In this document: piece after piece, positions 1-11,892 of the stretch | Position numbering within the stretch: position 1 is the first letter of the stretch | Layout: every line of letters starts with the position of its first letter | DNA from: Hyphomonas sp. | GTDB taxonomy: Bacteria; Pseudomonadota; Alphaproteobacteria; Caulobacterales; Hyphomonadaceae | Direction of reading: 5' to 3' | Length of the DNA: 64,000 nucleotides | NCBI GenBank assembly: GCA_036804125.1 | Contig: DAIRTA010000001.1 | Coordinates: forward strand, 26,005 to 90,004 | The notes under the pieces: model-generated | The model's input: the letters and a program-made list of their open reading frames with translations, nothing else | The model's database searches: none | Told to the model about the DNA's origin: nothing | Program-made: the position numbers and the translations under genes

Positions 1-1768
1 GGCCGGCCCTGAAGCCCGCAGCGCGGCTGATCTCGCTTCATCCGCTGGGGTATCGCTGGAAGTTGTCCGAAACCTCGCAAAGGCCGGAGGTCTGGACAGG
101 GTCTTCATGGATACGGATCCCCCCTATCCTGAACCGGACCCGAAGCGGGAGGGCCCCAGGCTGACGATGGAGCAGGCCAAGGCTGCAGCTTGCATGAGGG
201 CCGGGATAAAAGCGGCAGGATACTCGGCCTTCCTGCTGGATGGGGTCACGGGATCCGGCAAAACCGAGGTCTATTTCGAAGCGATTGCGGAAGCACTGGC
301 ATCCGATCCTGCGGCCCAAATTCTCGTTCTGCTGCCTGAAATCGCGCTGACACAAGCCGTGCTCGGCAGGTTTGAAGCCCGATTTGGAGCGCTCCCGGCC
401 CAATGGCATTCGGGCCTTGGCCAGAAAGACCGGCGCCGCGCCTGGCGCGAAGTCGCCCATGGGCGGGCCAGGATTGTGATTGGAGCCCGTTCGGCCCTGT
501 TTCTGCCCTTTAGGAAGCTGCGCCTCATCATCGTGGATGAGGAGCATGATGCGAGTTTCAAACAGGAAGACGGGGTCACGTATCATGCGCGTGATCTCGC
601 CGTCATGCGCGCCAGGTTGGAGACTGCACAGGTCGTTCTGGCCTCGGCCACACCGTCCCTGGAAACGATGGTCAATGCGGATACCGGCAAATACCGGCGC
701 CTGAAGCTGGAAGCGCGCGCCGGTTCAGCGCGCCTGCCGGATATCAGCCTGATCGACATGCGCGCAGCGCCGCCCCTGAGGGGTCAATGGCTGTCAACGG
801 CCATGAGCCAGTCGCTGACAGATACGCTGGCAGCCGGAGAGCAGGCATTATTGTTTCTGAACCGGCGCGGCTACGCTCCGCTGGTTATCTGCAAGGCCTG
901 CGGCGAACGGCTGAAGACCCCCGGAACGGAAAACTGGCTGACCGAGCATCGCTATACAGGACGTCTTGTGTGTCATGTCACAGGTTATTCGATACCCAAG
1001 CCCCTGAACTGCCCTCATTGCGGGGCTGCGGGTTCCTTGATCGGTGTCGGCCCCGGTGTGGAACGTCTGGCCGAGGAGGTCCGGACAGCTTTTCCGTCTG
1101 CAAGGCTTGAAGTGTTTTCTTCGGACACGGCCCAGGGCGGTGAGGCGAGCCGCGGCATCATTGAACGGATGGCTGCCGGGGACATCGACGTTCTGATTGG
1201 CACCCAGATCGTCGCCAAGGGGCACAATTTCCCCAACCTGACCCTCGTTGGCGTAGTTGATGCCGATAGCGGCCTCAAGGGAGGGGATCTGCGCGCCGGC
1301 GAGCGAACCTTTCAGCTGCTCAGCCAGGTATCAGGCCGGGCTGGCCGGGCGGAAAGGCCGGGCCGGGCTCTGATCCAGACATGGGATCCGGAAAACCCCG
1401 CGATGCAGGCGCTCGCTGCAAATGATCGTGACGGCTATCTTGAAATAGAGCGATCGGTCCGTGCGGAGCTTGGCTTGCCACCCTTCGGGCGTCTCGCTGC
1501 TGTCATCATCTCTGCTCCCACGGCGGAGGGTGTCGAGGCGGCGGCACGAGAGGCGCTTGCATTTGCGCCGAACGCTGAGGGTGTGGAGGTCTTCGGGCCT
1601 GCCGTTGCGCCGATAGCCGTTCTGAGAGGCCGCCACAGGCGGCGGCTGCTTGTAAAGAGTGCCCGCGCCGTCGACTTGTCTGCATATATGGGAACCTGGA
1701 TGGCGCGGTTTAAACTTCCATCCTCCGTGCGCCTTGCTGTCGATATCGATCCTTATTCATTCCTCTGA
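1..1768 (+). CDS. priA: Primosomal protein N' helicase (5' end outside the window)
   Basis: Frame +2 is open from base 2. Walker A GVTGSGKT, DEEH, LASATPS, FLNRRGY, Cys-rich region, GTQIVAKGHNFP, QVSGRAGR, C-terminal VDIDP. Confidence 0.97.
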   Translation, partial: AGPEARSAADLASSAGVSLEVVRNLAKAGGLDRVFMDTDPPYPEPDPKREGPRLTMEQAKAAACMRAGIKAAGYSAFLLDGVTGSGKTEVYFEAIAEALASDPAAQILVLLPEIALTQAVLGRFEARFGALPAQWHSGLGQKDRRRAWREVAHGRARIVIGARSALFLPFRKLRLIIVDEEHDASFKQEDGVTYHARDLAVMRARLETAQVVLASATPSLETMVNADTGKYRRLKLEARAGSARLPDISLIDMRAAPPLRGQWLSTAMSQSLTDTLAAGEQALLFLNRRGYAPLVICKACGERLKTPGTENWLTEHRYTGRLVCHVTGYSIPKPLNCPHCGAAGSLIGVGPGVERLAEEVRTAFPSARLEVFSSDTAQGGEASRGIIERMAAGDIDVLIGTQIVAKGHNFPNLTLVGVVDADSGLKGGDLRAGERTFQLLSQVSGRAGRAERPGRALIQTWDPENPAMQALAANDRDGYLEIERSVRAELGLPPFGRLAAVIISAPTAEGVEAAAREALAFAPNAEGVEVFGPAVAPIAVLRGRHRRRLLVKSARAVDLSAYMGTWMARFKLPSSVRLAVDIDPYSFL

Positions 1769-2171
1769 GATGTTGCATGGGCCGGCAGTCAGGGGCCTGG
1801 CAACCCTATTCAACGCAGAGTGGTGCCCAGGGTCCGGCATTGATCTTCCTTCTCTTGGCCTCCTGCTGCAGGCACGACAAAATGCGGGTCAGGCTGAGCC
1901 CATGGAGAAGGCTGGCCAGATGACCGACACGGGTGTCTTTTGATAAGTGGTGGCAAGTTTCGACCACAACAGAAGGCGATAAGGGCGAACTGCCGGTTTT
2001 CGCTGACATTCCCGCGACCATTTCGCCGCACAATGCGGTGGGGGAGAGCGTGTTGTCACACCTCTTATCTGGTGATAAGCGCCGCGCAATCTGTATGACT
2101 GCACCGGCTGGTGCCAGTTACATGCAAAAACGGTCTGGCGTTCGCGCCCCTGAAGTGACGGATCATCGAGC

Positions 2172-2732
2172 TTGACGGCTAACAGTGTGCCACGACCCAG
2201 CGAAGCGGCGCAACGCTACGCAAACGCGCTTTTCGGCCTTGCACAGGACAAGGGCGCGCTCGCTTCTGTCCGCGAGGAATTCAAGGCTTTCGTCTCGTTG
2301 GTGAATGCGTCCGAGGATCTGCGGAGATTGCTCGCGTCACCGGGATTTTCGAGAGACGCGAAGGTCAGCGCTCTCGGGGCCATTGCAACCCAGGCCGGCT
2401 ATTCGGCGCTGTTCGGGAAGTTTCTTGGCGCGATGGCAAGTAATGGCCGGGCGTCAGATATTCGCGGTGCTGAGGTCGCATTTGATCAGCTTTATGCCAA
2501 GCAGCGCGGCGTCAAACGGGTGAGAATCCGGACGGCAAGAGAGCTCGACTCGGCGCAACGGGAAAGCGTTACCAAGCTGATCAGCAAGATCGGCGGCGGC
2601 GAAACCGAACTTACAGAAGAAATCGATCCGGCCCTGATCGGCGGGTTGCAATTGCAAATAGGCTCGCGGCTGATCGATGCGAGCCTGGCAACGAAACTCA
2701 ACCGCCTGAATGCCGCAATGAAGGGAGCATAA
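2172..2732 (+). CDS. atpH: F1Fo ATP synthase delta subunit (TTG start, start uncertain)
   Basis: A.RYA.ALF N-terminus, DPALIGG...[13 protein letters not shown]-terminus; first gene of the F1 operon. Confidence 0.95.
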   Translation: MTANSVPRPSEAAQRYANALFGLAQDKGALASVREEFKAFVSLVNASEDLRRLLASPGFSRDAKVSALGAIATQAGYSALFGKFLGAMASNGRASDIRGAEVAFDQLYAKQRGVKRVRIRTARELDSAQRESVTKLISKIGGGETELTEEIDPALIGGLQLQIGSRLIDASLATKLNRLNAAMKGA

Positions 2733-2739
2733 GCGCTCA

Positions 2740-4275
2740 ATGGATATCTCACCCGCAGAAATCTCTGAAATTCTCAAGTCCGAGATCGAAAACTTTGGCG
2801 CTGAGGCCGAAGTCTCCGATGTCGGCCAGGTGCTGTCAGTCGGCGATGGTATCGCCAGGATTTACGGCCTCGACAGTGTGCAGGCTGGTGAACTTGTGGA
2901 GTTCGATGGGGGCATCAAAGGGATGGCCCTCAATCTTGAAGCTGACAATGTTGGCGTCGTGATTTTCGGCGACGACAGGGGAATCAAGGAAGGCGATACC
3001 GTCCGGCGAACGTCAGAGATCGTTGCGGCGCCTGTCGGCAAAGGCCTGCTTGGGCGGGTTGTGGATCCGCTCGGAGAGCCGATCGACGGCAAGGGCCCCC
3101 TGAAGGACGTTGCCGAGCGGCGCCGTGTCGACGTCAAAGCCCCCGGCATCATCCCGCGTCGTTCCGTGCATGAGCCCATGATGACTGGCATCAAGGCGAT
3201 CGATGGCATGATTCCTGTCGGCCGTGGGCAGCGCGAACTTATCATTGGCGATCGCCAGACCGGCAAGACCGCCATCTGTATCGACACGATCCTGAACCAG
3301 AAGCCGACAAATGATGCAGCCAAATCGGACAGCGAAAAGCTGTTCTGCGTCTATGTCGCCATCGGTCAGAAGCGCTCAACCGTCGCTCAGGTCGTCAAGA
3401 TCCTCGAAGAGCGCGGCGCGCTTGACTACACGATCGTTGTCTCAGCCACGGCATCGGAGCCAGCCCCGCTGCAATATCTCTCGCCCTTCACAGGGTGTGC
3501 GATAGGCGAGTGGTTCCGCGACAATGGCATGCATGCCCTGATCATCTATGATGACCTGTCCAAGCAGGCCGTCGCCTATCGCCAGATGTCATTGCTGCTG
3601 CGCCGTCCGCCGGGTCGCGAGGCCTATCCCGGCGACGTTTTCTACCTGCATTCGCGCCTTCTCGAGCGCGCGGCGAAGCTCAATGCGGATAATGGGTCGG
3701 GTTCGCTTACGGCCCTGCCGATTATTGAAACGCAGGCCAATGACGTGTCGGCCTATATCCCGACCAACGTTATCTCGATCACCGATGGCCAGATCTTCCT
3801 CGAGACCGATCTCTTCTACCAGGGCATCCGCCCGGCCGTGAACGTCGGCCTGTCGGTCTCGCGCGTCGGTTCGGCAGCCCAGACAAAGGCGATGAAGAAA
3901 GTCGCCGGCTCAATGAAGGGCGAACTCGCCCAGTATCGCGAAATGGCGGCCTTCGCGAAATTCGGCTCTGATCTGGACGCTGCAACCCAGCGCCTTCTGA
4001 ACCGCGGCGCGCGCCTTACAGAGCTGCTCAAGCAGCCGCAATACTCGCCGCTTCTCATGGAGGAGCAGGTGGTTGTGATCTATGCTGGCACGCGGGGCTA
4101 TCTCGACAAGATCGATATCAAGGACGTAACCCGCTACGAGCGTGAGCTTCTGACCCATGTCCGGGGTGCCAAGAAGGATCTCCTCGCCAAGCTGCGCGAT
4201 AAGCGGGAACTGACCGAGGAAATCGAGGCTGAACTCAAGAAGACCCTCGACGATTTCACGGCGAAGTTCGCCTAG
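2740..4275 (+). CDS. atpA: ATP synthase alpha subunit
   Basis: [53 protein letters not shown]. Confidence 0.99.
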   Translation: MDISPAEISEILKSEIENFGAEAEVSDVGQVLSVGDGIARIYGLDSVQAGELVEFDGGIKGMALNLEADNVGVVIFGDDRGIKEGDTVRRTSEIVAAPVGKGLLGRVVDPLGEPIDGKGPLKDVAERRRVDVKAPGIIPRRSVHEPMMTGIKAIDGMIPVGRGQRELIIGDRQTGKTAICIDTILNQKPTNDAAKSDSEKLFCVYVAIGQKRSTVAQVVKILEERGALDYTIVVSATASEPAPLQYLSPFTGCAIGEWFRDNGMHALIIYDDLSKQAVAYRQMSLLLRRPPGREAYPGDVFYLHSRLLERAAKLNADNGSGSLTALPIIETQANDVSAYIPTNVISITDGQIFLETDLFYQGIRPAVNVGLSVSRVGSAAQTKAMKKVAGSMKGELAQYREMAAFAKFGSDLDAATQRLLNRGARLTELLKQPQYSPLLMEEQVVVIYAGTRGYLDKIDIKDVTRYERELLTHVRGAKKDLLAKLRDKRELTEEIEAELKKTLDDFTAKFA

Positions 4276-4307
4276 TTGCACCGTATCGAAGGTTTATCCG
4301 TAACATC

Positions 4308-5186
4308 ATGCCCAGCCTGAAGGACCTCAAGAACCGGATCGGAAGCGTGAAATCCACGCAGAAGATCACCAAGGCGATGCAGCTTGTGGCGGCGGCCAAA
4401 CTGAAGCGGGCTCAGGACGCTGCCACCGCCGCGCGTCCCTATGCCGAGCGGATGGCGGCTGTGCTCGCGAACCTCTCCATGACGGCGGGAGAATCGGGTC
4501 CCCCGCTGCTGTCAGGCACCGGCCGGGAAGACACTCATCTCCTTGTGGTTCTTACGGCAGAACGGGGCCTCGCGGGCGGCTTCAACGCCAATGTCGTAAA
4601 ACGCACGCGCCAGCTGGTCGAGCAGCTCAGCAAGGATGGCCGGACCATCAAGATCCTGACGGTTGGCAAGAAAGGCCGGGAGGCTCTTACCCGCGATCTT
4701 TCCGCCAGCCTGATCGGTCATATCAGCCTGTCTGATGTAAAGGCGAATGACTTCACCGCTCCCGCCCGGACAGCGGGCCAGATGCTTACGGACGGCTTCG
4801 AGGCGGGTGAGTTCGATGTCGCCACGCTCATCTACTCCCAGTTTCAGAATGTGCTGACGCAGGTGCCGACCGTGCAGCAACTGATACCGGCCAAGGCGCC
4901 CGAGGGCGCGCCGGTAGCAGAGATTGGTGGGGCACGATATGAGTATGAGCCATCCGAAACAGCCATCCTCGAAACGCTGCTGCCGCGGTATATCAACACA
5001 CAGATCTTGTCCGCGATGCTGGAAAGCGCGGCTGGTGAGCAAGCCAGCCGCATGACAGCCATGGATAACGCAACCCGCAATGCCAAGGACCTGATCGGAG
5101 CCTTGACGCTGAAATATAACCGCGCCCGCCAGGCGCAGATCACCAAGGAACTCATCGAGATTATCTCGGGAGCCGAGGCCCTGTGA
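4308..5186 (+). CDS. atpG: ATP synthase gamma subunit
   Basis: KITKAMQLVAAAK, RMTAMDNAT, YNRARQAQITKELIEIISGA. Confidence 0.99.
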   Translation: MPSLKDLKNRIGSVKSTQKITKAMQLVAAAKLKRAQDAATAARPYAERMAAVLANLSMTAGESGPPLLSGTGREDTHLLVVLTAERGLAGGFNANVVKRTRQLVEQLSKDGRTIKILTVGKKGREALTRDLSASLIGHISLSDVKANDFTAPARTAGQMLTDGFEAGEFDVATLIYSQFQNVLTQVPTVQQLIPAKAPEGAPVAEIGGARYEYEPSETAILETLLPRYINTQILSAMLESAAGEQASRMTAMDNATRNAKDLIGALTLKYNRARQAQITKELIEIISGAEAL

Positions 5187-5202
5187 TCACCGAAGCAGAT
5201 GA

Positions 5203-6663
<1,461 letters not shown>

Positions 6664-6684
6664 GGACGGGGCTGAGTACCGGCG

Positions 6685-7092
6685 ATGCCTGACAAGCTTC
6701 ATTTCTCTCTCGTATCGCCTTCCCGGGAACTTTTCTCCGGCGAGGTCGACCATGTTGTCGCCCCCGGTATCGAAGGCGAGTTCGGAGTGCTGCCGCTGCA
6801 TGCCCCCGTTATGACATTACTCAAGAACGGCGTCGTTCGCGTGCTCGAAGGAAACGAAGTCCGCATGCGCATATACGTGCACGGAGGGTTTGCGGACGTG
6901 ACCCCGCAGGGGCTCACAATACTGGCCGAAGCCGCGCGTGATCTCTCGGAGGTCAGTGCGGGCCAGGTTGATGCCGAGATTGAAGAGGTGAAGCGTAAAG
7001 GCCTCAGCCTTGACCCCAGCGATCCTGCTCAGCATACGCTGGCCGCGCATGTGGCATTCCTTGAAGGCCTGCGGGCCGCTGTAGCCAACTGA
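6685..7092 (+). CDS. atpC: ATP synthase epsilon subunit
   Basis: LVSP..ELFSG, GEFGVLP.HAP, GGFADV, LTILAE; follows atpD. Confidence 0.96.
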   Translation: MPDKLHFSLVSPSRELFSGEVDHVVAPGIEGEFGVLPLHAPVMTLLKNGVVRVLEGNEVRMRIYVHGGFADVTPQGLTILAEAARDLSEVSAGQVDAEIEEVKRKGLSLDPSDPAQHTLAAHVAFLEGLRAAVAN

Positions 7093-7126
7093 CGAGCCGG
7101 AAATCAGCGAGGGCATGAGGCTGGTT

Positions 7127-7918
7127 TTAATCGAAAATCGCGATCGTCTGCCGTCCGGTCATGATTGGTCGATGATTGCTGTTCCAGATCGTCATGGCCT
7201 GACTGGAATAGCCATCCATCGCGGATTGTCCTGTGTGACGGGCAAGATACCATCCTTCCTCCGTAGTGAGGTCACTGGTCAGAAACTCAGCCGTCCAGGT
7301 CATTGAGCTGATTCGCGCCGGGCCTTTGAGCAAAGCCATAGCTGCTGGAGGTGGGGCGTCGGCAAGGGCCATCAATGCCACAGAGGTAGAGTCGGCCTGG
7401 GTATCACGGTGGCGCATCCAAAGGCTGAGATCAGCCTTGTCGGAAGCCGAAAACGGCATGGCACCGCCTGCAAGCAGGATGTCAAAGTTGGCAGCAAATG
7501 CCGGCGCTAGCGCTCCTTCCCTGAAATATGCTTGCAGACTGTCCCGGTGAGGTATTTGCGGTGGCGGAAAATCCATGAAGCTGAGGCTTGATGCCCGAGC
7601 GGCGCCAAAGGCAATAATGGCCTCTGCCAGGACTTCCTCTGCGGAGGTCATCCTTACCCGTGTCAGGGTTGTGTTCTTTCCTTCTCTCAGAAGCTCCGCC
7701 GTACAGCTGACCCTGCCTGAAACCGGACCGACAAAGGCGATCTGGACGCAGCGAACTGGCTTAAGCCCCGACAGCGGAATCGCCGCATCCAGACACAACG
7801 CGGCAGTCAGTCCGCCATAGGCTGTTCGGCCTTGCATCCAACTCTCGGGAATAGCGATTCGCGTAGTCCCTGTTGCTTCGCGCTCTATTCCTGCGAGCAG
7901 TTCGCTGAAGCCAACCAC
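7127..7918 (-). CDS. Acyl-CoA thioesterase family protein (double hot-dog, TesB-like)
   Basis: W.QGRTAYGGL motif, ADAPPP, SSMTW, GYSSQ.M.IW. Confidence 0.85.
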   Translation of the reverse strand: MVGFSELLAGIEREATGTTRIAIPESWMQGRTAYGGLTAALCLDAAIPLSGLKPVRCVQIAFVGPVSGRVSCTAELLREGKNTTLTRVRMTSAEEVLAEAIIAFGAARASSLSFMDFPPPQIPHRDSLQAYFREGALAPAFAANFDILLAGGAMPFSASDKADLSLWMRHRDTQADSTSVALMALADAPPPAAMALLKGPARISSMTWTAEFLTSDLTTEEGWYLARHTGQSAMDGYSSQAMTIWNSNHRPIMTGRQTIAIFD

Positions 7919-7922
7919 AGTT

Positions 7923-8243
7923 TCAGTGTTGGCTTTCAGGCGTTGTTACGCGCAGCCCGTCCAGCACATCCGTTATCTTGATCTGACAGGAGAGCCTTGA
8001 GTTCGGCTGGACGTTCTCAGCGAAGTCGAGCATGGATTTCTCCATCTCCTGCTGCTCGCCAGTCACGCCGAGAAAGACCTCGTCGACATAGACATGGCAG
8101 GTTGCGCATGCACATGCGCCTCCACAATCGGCATCAATGCCCGGAATGCTGTTCTTTACGGCTGTTTCCATGACAGACTCGCCGATGCGGGCCTCCACGG
8201 TTCTCTCCGTCCCGTCATGGGCTATGTAAGTGATTTTGGGCAT
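7923..8243 (-). CDS. fdx: 2Fe-2S ferredoxin, adrenodoxin/putidaredoxin type
   Basis: [12 protein letters not shown] and SRLSCQ ligand pattern; SD AGGAG upstream. Confidence 0.95.
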   Translation of the reverse strand: MPKITYIAHDGTERTVEARIGESVMETAVKNSIPGIDADCGGACACATCHVYVDEVFLGVTGEQQEMEKSMLDFAENVQPNSRLSCQIKITDVLDGLRVTTPESQH

Positions 8244-8259
8244 CAGGCTTTCGTCTCCT

Positions 8260-9516
8260 TCAGGCTGCGATCTGGGCAGCGATGTCTTTCATAGAAATCG
8301 ATTTATCGCCAAGGACTTCCGGCGCAAGCTTTGCCCCTGAAACGATCAGCTTCTTTCCGGCAAGGAACTCGGCAGGACTGTTTATGGCGTCTACCGCCAG
8401 AAGGCGGCTGTTGCGCAGGTAGAATACGGCGAACTGCCGGTTTTCGGGTTCGCCCCTGACCACCAGCTCGTCATATCCATCATTCAGCCCGGCAATCTGG
8501 AGTTTGAGGTCGTATTGGTCCGACCAGAACCATGGGCAGTCTTCCGCTGGTCCGGGCTGGTCTAGTATTTCTGCGGCGACGAGTTTTGCCTGCTCAATGG
8601 CATTGTGCACACTCTCAAGCCTTCCTGACCGCCCGTAATGGATCAGGGGTCTGTGGCTGCAGTCACCGGCAGCAAAGATGCGTGGGTCCTGGGTGCGCCC
8701 ATTGCGGTCAACGAGGATCCCGTTTGCCGAGGCAATTCCAGCGGATTTGGCCAGATCGTCATTAGGGACAACGCCGATTCCGGCCAGAACGAGATCAGCT
8801 TCGATACGCTGTCCATCAGCCAGCACAACCGAGTGGACCCGGCCCGCATCCCCTTCGATTTGCTGAAGCCTTGCGCGGGTCAGGACTTTGACGCCCTGCG
8901 CCTTATGCTCCGTCTCATAGAACCGGCTCACGACGGGGCTCGTAACGCGTGCCAGAACCCGATCGGCAAGTTCCATCACTGTCACATCAAGTTCCATCTG
9001 GCGCGCAACGGCTGCCGCTTCGAGGCCAATATAGCCTGCGCCGATGATGACAATACGGCGCCCGGCAACAAGCTGTGGCCGGATTCTCTCGACGTCAGCG
9101 AGGGTTCTGAGGTCATACACGCCATCAAGATCTGCGCCCGTGACCGTGAGGCGCCGTGGGCGGGCACCTGTCGCAAGTACGAGGATGTCGTATTCGGCGC
9201 ACCCGCCGCTGTCGAAAACGACCTGCTGGCGCGCGCGGTCAATGCTGACAACAGTCGAGCCAAGCTTCAGCGACACCTGATTGTCTTCATACCAGGATGC
9301 CGGCCGGAAAAATAACCGCTCAGCGTCAAGTTCCCCCTTCATATAGGCCTTGGAGAGAGGTGGGCGCTGGTATGGCAGGACCGGCTCATCCCCGATGATG
9401 GAAAGCTCCCCGCGATAGCCGCCCTGACGCAGCGACTGGGCAAGCTGGGCAGCGGCCTGCCCAGCGCCGATCACGACAACACGCTTTGCGCCAGACTGGT
9501 TCAACCTCAGACCCAT
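8260..9516 (-). CDS. NAD(P)H:ferredoxin reductase, putidaredoxin-reductase type (start 9516 or 9540)
   Basis: GAGQAA FAD motif, [34 protein letters not shown]. Confidence 0.93.
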   Translation of the reverse strand: MGLRLNQSGAKRVVVIGAGQAAAQLAQSLRQGGYRGELSIIGDEPVLPYQRPPLSKAYMKGELDAERLFFRPASWYEDNQVSLKLGSTVVSIDRARQQVVFDSGGCAEYDILVLATGARPRRLTVTGADLDGVYDLRTLADVERIRPQLVAGRRIVIIGAGYIGLEAAAVARQMELDVTVMELADRVLARVTSPVVSRFYETEHKAQGVKVLTRARLQQIEGDAGRVHSVVLADGQRIEADLVLAGIGVVPNDDLAKSAGIASANGILVDRNGRTQDPRIFAAGDCSHRPLIHYGRSGRLESVHNAIEQAKLVAAEILDQPGPAEDCPWFWSDQYDLKLQIAGLNDGYDELVVRGEPENRQFAVFYLRNSRLLAVDAINSPAEFLAGKKLIVSGAKLAPEVLGDKSISMKDIAAQIAA

Positions 9517-9639
9517 GCTAATTCGTGACGCTGGCGTCACGAATTAGTCTTTATCATCTGCCGGATAATCTGCAACCGCGCCAAATTGAAGCCATCTGTC
9601 TGAGCTGTTATGGCGCGAAGTTGAAACGGGGCAGGGCTC

Positions 9640-10086
9640 TTGGCAACGATAATTGATCTGACCACACAGGATGCAACGAACGCTCTCGGGCTCAGATTGG
9701 CCGGCGTACTCCGGCCGGGAGATGTAATCGCCCTGACAGGGGAATTGGGCTCTGGCAAGACGACGCTCGCCAGGGCCATCATCCAGAGTTTTCTGCCTGC
9801 CGAGATCGTACCCAGTCCGACGTTCACGCTTGTCCAGCCCTATGAAACTGCTGCCCTGACAATTTACCATTTTGATATCTATCGATTGACGACTCCTGCC
9901 GAGCTTGAGGAACTTGGCTGGGACGCCGCACAGTCCGGCGTCATGCTGGTCGAATGGCCCGAGAGGGCCGGCCACAGACTCCCGAATGATCGTCTGGATG
10001 TAATGCTTGAAATCCTTGGGGAAGGGCGGCGCGCAACACTGGCGGCCTCCGGAAAAGCTTGGCAGACTCGTCTCGATGATTTCTGA
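9640..10086 (+). CDS. tsaE: tRNA t6A biosynthesis ATPase
   Basis: GELGSGKTT, SPTFTLV, HFDIYRL, LVEWPE. Confidence 0.95.
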   Translation: MATIIDLTTQDATNALGLRLAGVLRPGDVIALTGELGSGKTTLARAIIQSFLPAEIVPSPTFTLVQPYETAALTIYHFDIYRLTTPAELEELGWDAAQSGVMLVEWPERAGHRLPNDRLDVMLEILGEGRRATLAASGKAWQTRLDDF

Positions 10087-11170
10087 GGAACCCCAGCGCG
10101 GAGCGCAGATCAGCCGCTTCCTTGCCCAGCATGGCTGGGGTGAAGCAAGACTGGAGCCGCTTGCGCAGGATGCATCGACTCGGCGTTATATTCGGCTTCT
10201 TCGCAGCGATGGCGCCCGTGCATTGTTGATGGATGCCCCGCCCGTTGAAGACGATCCCTGTCCACCAGATGCCACTGCGGCAGAACGGCACCGTCTTGGT
10301 TGGAACGCGTTGACACGGCTCGCTTCCTCGCGTGTTGACGCCTTCGTGCTGATCGCGGGCCATTTGCGCCGATTGGGATTCCTTGCTCCGGAGGTTTATG
10401 CGCACTCTACCCCCTCAGGCTTGGCGCTGATTGAGGATTTCGGCGAAGGTCTGGAATTCGCCAGGCTGATTGAGCGTGGTATGCTCAACGAAACAGAAGC
10501 CTACACGGCAGCAGCGGCAGAGCTTGCCCGCCTGCACCGCGAACCTGTTCCAGACATTCTTGAAGCAGACGGGGAGCGCTGGCCCTTACTGGAGTTTGAC
10601 GCCGTTGCGCTTGCAGCCAATGCAGATCTGTATGCCGACTGGCTGCCTTCGGAGGAAGGCCGCGGTCCGCTAAGCGGGAGCCTCAGACGGCGTTGGGAGG
10701 AAGAGCGCGATGCCTTGATTGCGGAAGCTGCCGGTTTCCCACGCGTCTTTACACTGAGGGATTATCATGCAGAAAATCTGCTCTGGCTAGCAGGGCGGGG
10801 CATAGGCCTGCTTGACTTTCAGGATGCTGTAAAGGGGTGGGACGCGTGGGATCTCAACATGCTCATTAATGATGCGCGACGCCCGGTTTCAGCAACGGCA
10901 AAAGAAGCCGCGCTCACAACATATATCGATCATACCGGTACGGATGTATCCGGCTTCCAGCGCCGCCTTGCCGTAGTGGGCGCGCTGAACGCGCTCCGCA
11001 TTGCCGGTGTTTTTGCGCGACTGCGGCACCGCGACGGAAAATCAAAGTATGCAGCCTTTCAACCTCGCCAGATCGAGATTCTTGCTGCCATTCTGTCTGC
11101 ACCGGAACTCTCATCGCTGCGCTCGCTTGTCAAAGAAGCGACACCATTCGTGTTCGAGCGAGTGGCATGA
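10076..11170 (+). CDS. amgK: Anomeric MurNAc/GlcNAc kinase (APH-like phosphotransferase); start placed at ATG 10076 overlapping tsaE
   Basis: DAS.RRY.R, LMDAPP, RDYHAENL, LLDFQDA; lies between tsaE and a nucleotidyltransferase. Confidence 0.85.
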   Translation: MISEEPQRGAQISRFLAQHGWGEARLEPLAQDASTRRYIRLLRSDGARALLMDAPPVEDDPCPPDATAAERHRLGWNALTRLASSRVDAFVLIAGHLRRLGFLAPEVYAHSTPSGLALIEDFGEGLEFARLIERGMLNETEAYTAAAAELARLHREPVPDILEADGERWPLLEFDAVALAANADLYADWLPSEEGRGPLSGSLRRRWEEERDALIAEAAGFPRVFTLRDYHAENLLWLAGRGIGLLDFQDAVKGWDAWDLNMLINDARRPVSATAKEAALTTYIDHTGTDVSGFQRRLAVVGALNALRIAGVFARLRHRDGKSKYAAFQPRQIEILAAILSAPELSSLRSLVKEATPFVFERVA

Positions 11171-11892
11171 GTGTCCCGGTTCCCCATACAGCCATGCTCC
11201 TGGCCGCGGGATTAGGCACGCGCATGCGTCCGCTGACGGACAATTGTCCAAAACCTCTTATAAAAGTCCAGGACAGGCCTCTCATCGAATGGGTGATGGC
11301 GCCTTTGGTAGCCGCAGGTGTCAGGCGGATCGTTATCAACGTTCACTACCTCGCTGATCAGATGGAGGCGTATGTCCGTAACCGGGCTGGAATCGAGATC
11401 ATCATTTCGGACGAGCGCGACGCTGTCCTCGAGACGGGTGGAGCGCTCGCGAAGGCCCGGCCCTTGCTTGGCGACGATCCGATTTTCGTTTTCAATACGG
11501 ACGCCTTCTGGGCGCCCTCATCCCCCGAGCCGCTATTCGCGCTGGCAAACGCATTCAATCCGGACCGGGAAGATGAGCGCCTTGTGCTGGCTGATGCCGG
11601 GCGGAGCCTCGGATATTCTGGTCACGGTGATTTCTTCATGATGGACGACGGGAAACTGGTGCGGCGCGGAGAAGCTGAAAGCGCGCCCTGGGTGTATTCA
11701 GGCGCGCGGATCGTCAATCCACGCCTATACGACACACAGCGCATTGAGCGCTTTTCCGCGACGAGGATCTGGGATGCCCTCATTCCAGAAGGGCGGCTGA
11801 CAGGCCTGCCTCTTGAAAGTTTCTGGTTGCATGTCGGCGATCCCGGAGCGCTGAAGGACGCGGAAATGTGGTTGGCGTGCCATGCCGGGTGA
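11167..11892 (+). CDS. murU: MurNAc-1-phosphate uridylyltransferase-like nucleotidyltransferase
   Basis: LAAGLGTRMRPLT..PKPL, NVHYL, LETGG, W.HVG; coupled to amgK. Confidence 0.88.
   Translation: MSVPVPHTAMLLAAGLGTRMRPLTDNCPKPLIKVQDRPLIEWVMAPLVAAGVRRIVINVHYLADQMEAYVRNRAGIEIIISDERDAVLETGGALAKARPLLGDDPIFVFNTDAFWAPSSPEPLFALANAFNPDREDERLVLADAGRSLGYSGHGDFFMMDDGKLVRRGEAESAPWVYSGARIVNPRLYDTQRIERFSATRIWDALIPEGRLTGLPLESFWLHVGDPGALKDAEMWLACHAG

Noticed and set aside
1806..2175. Small ORFs (71-80 aa) in the priA-atpH gap
   Set aside because: Several mutually overlapping frames, no SD or motif; none can be supported as a gene.
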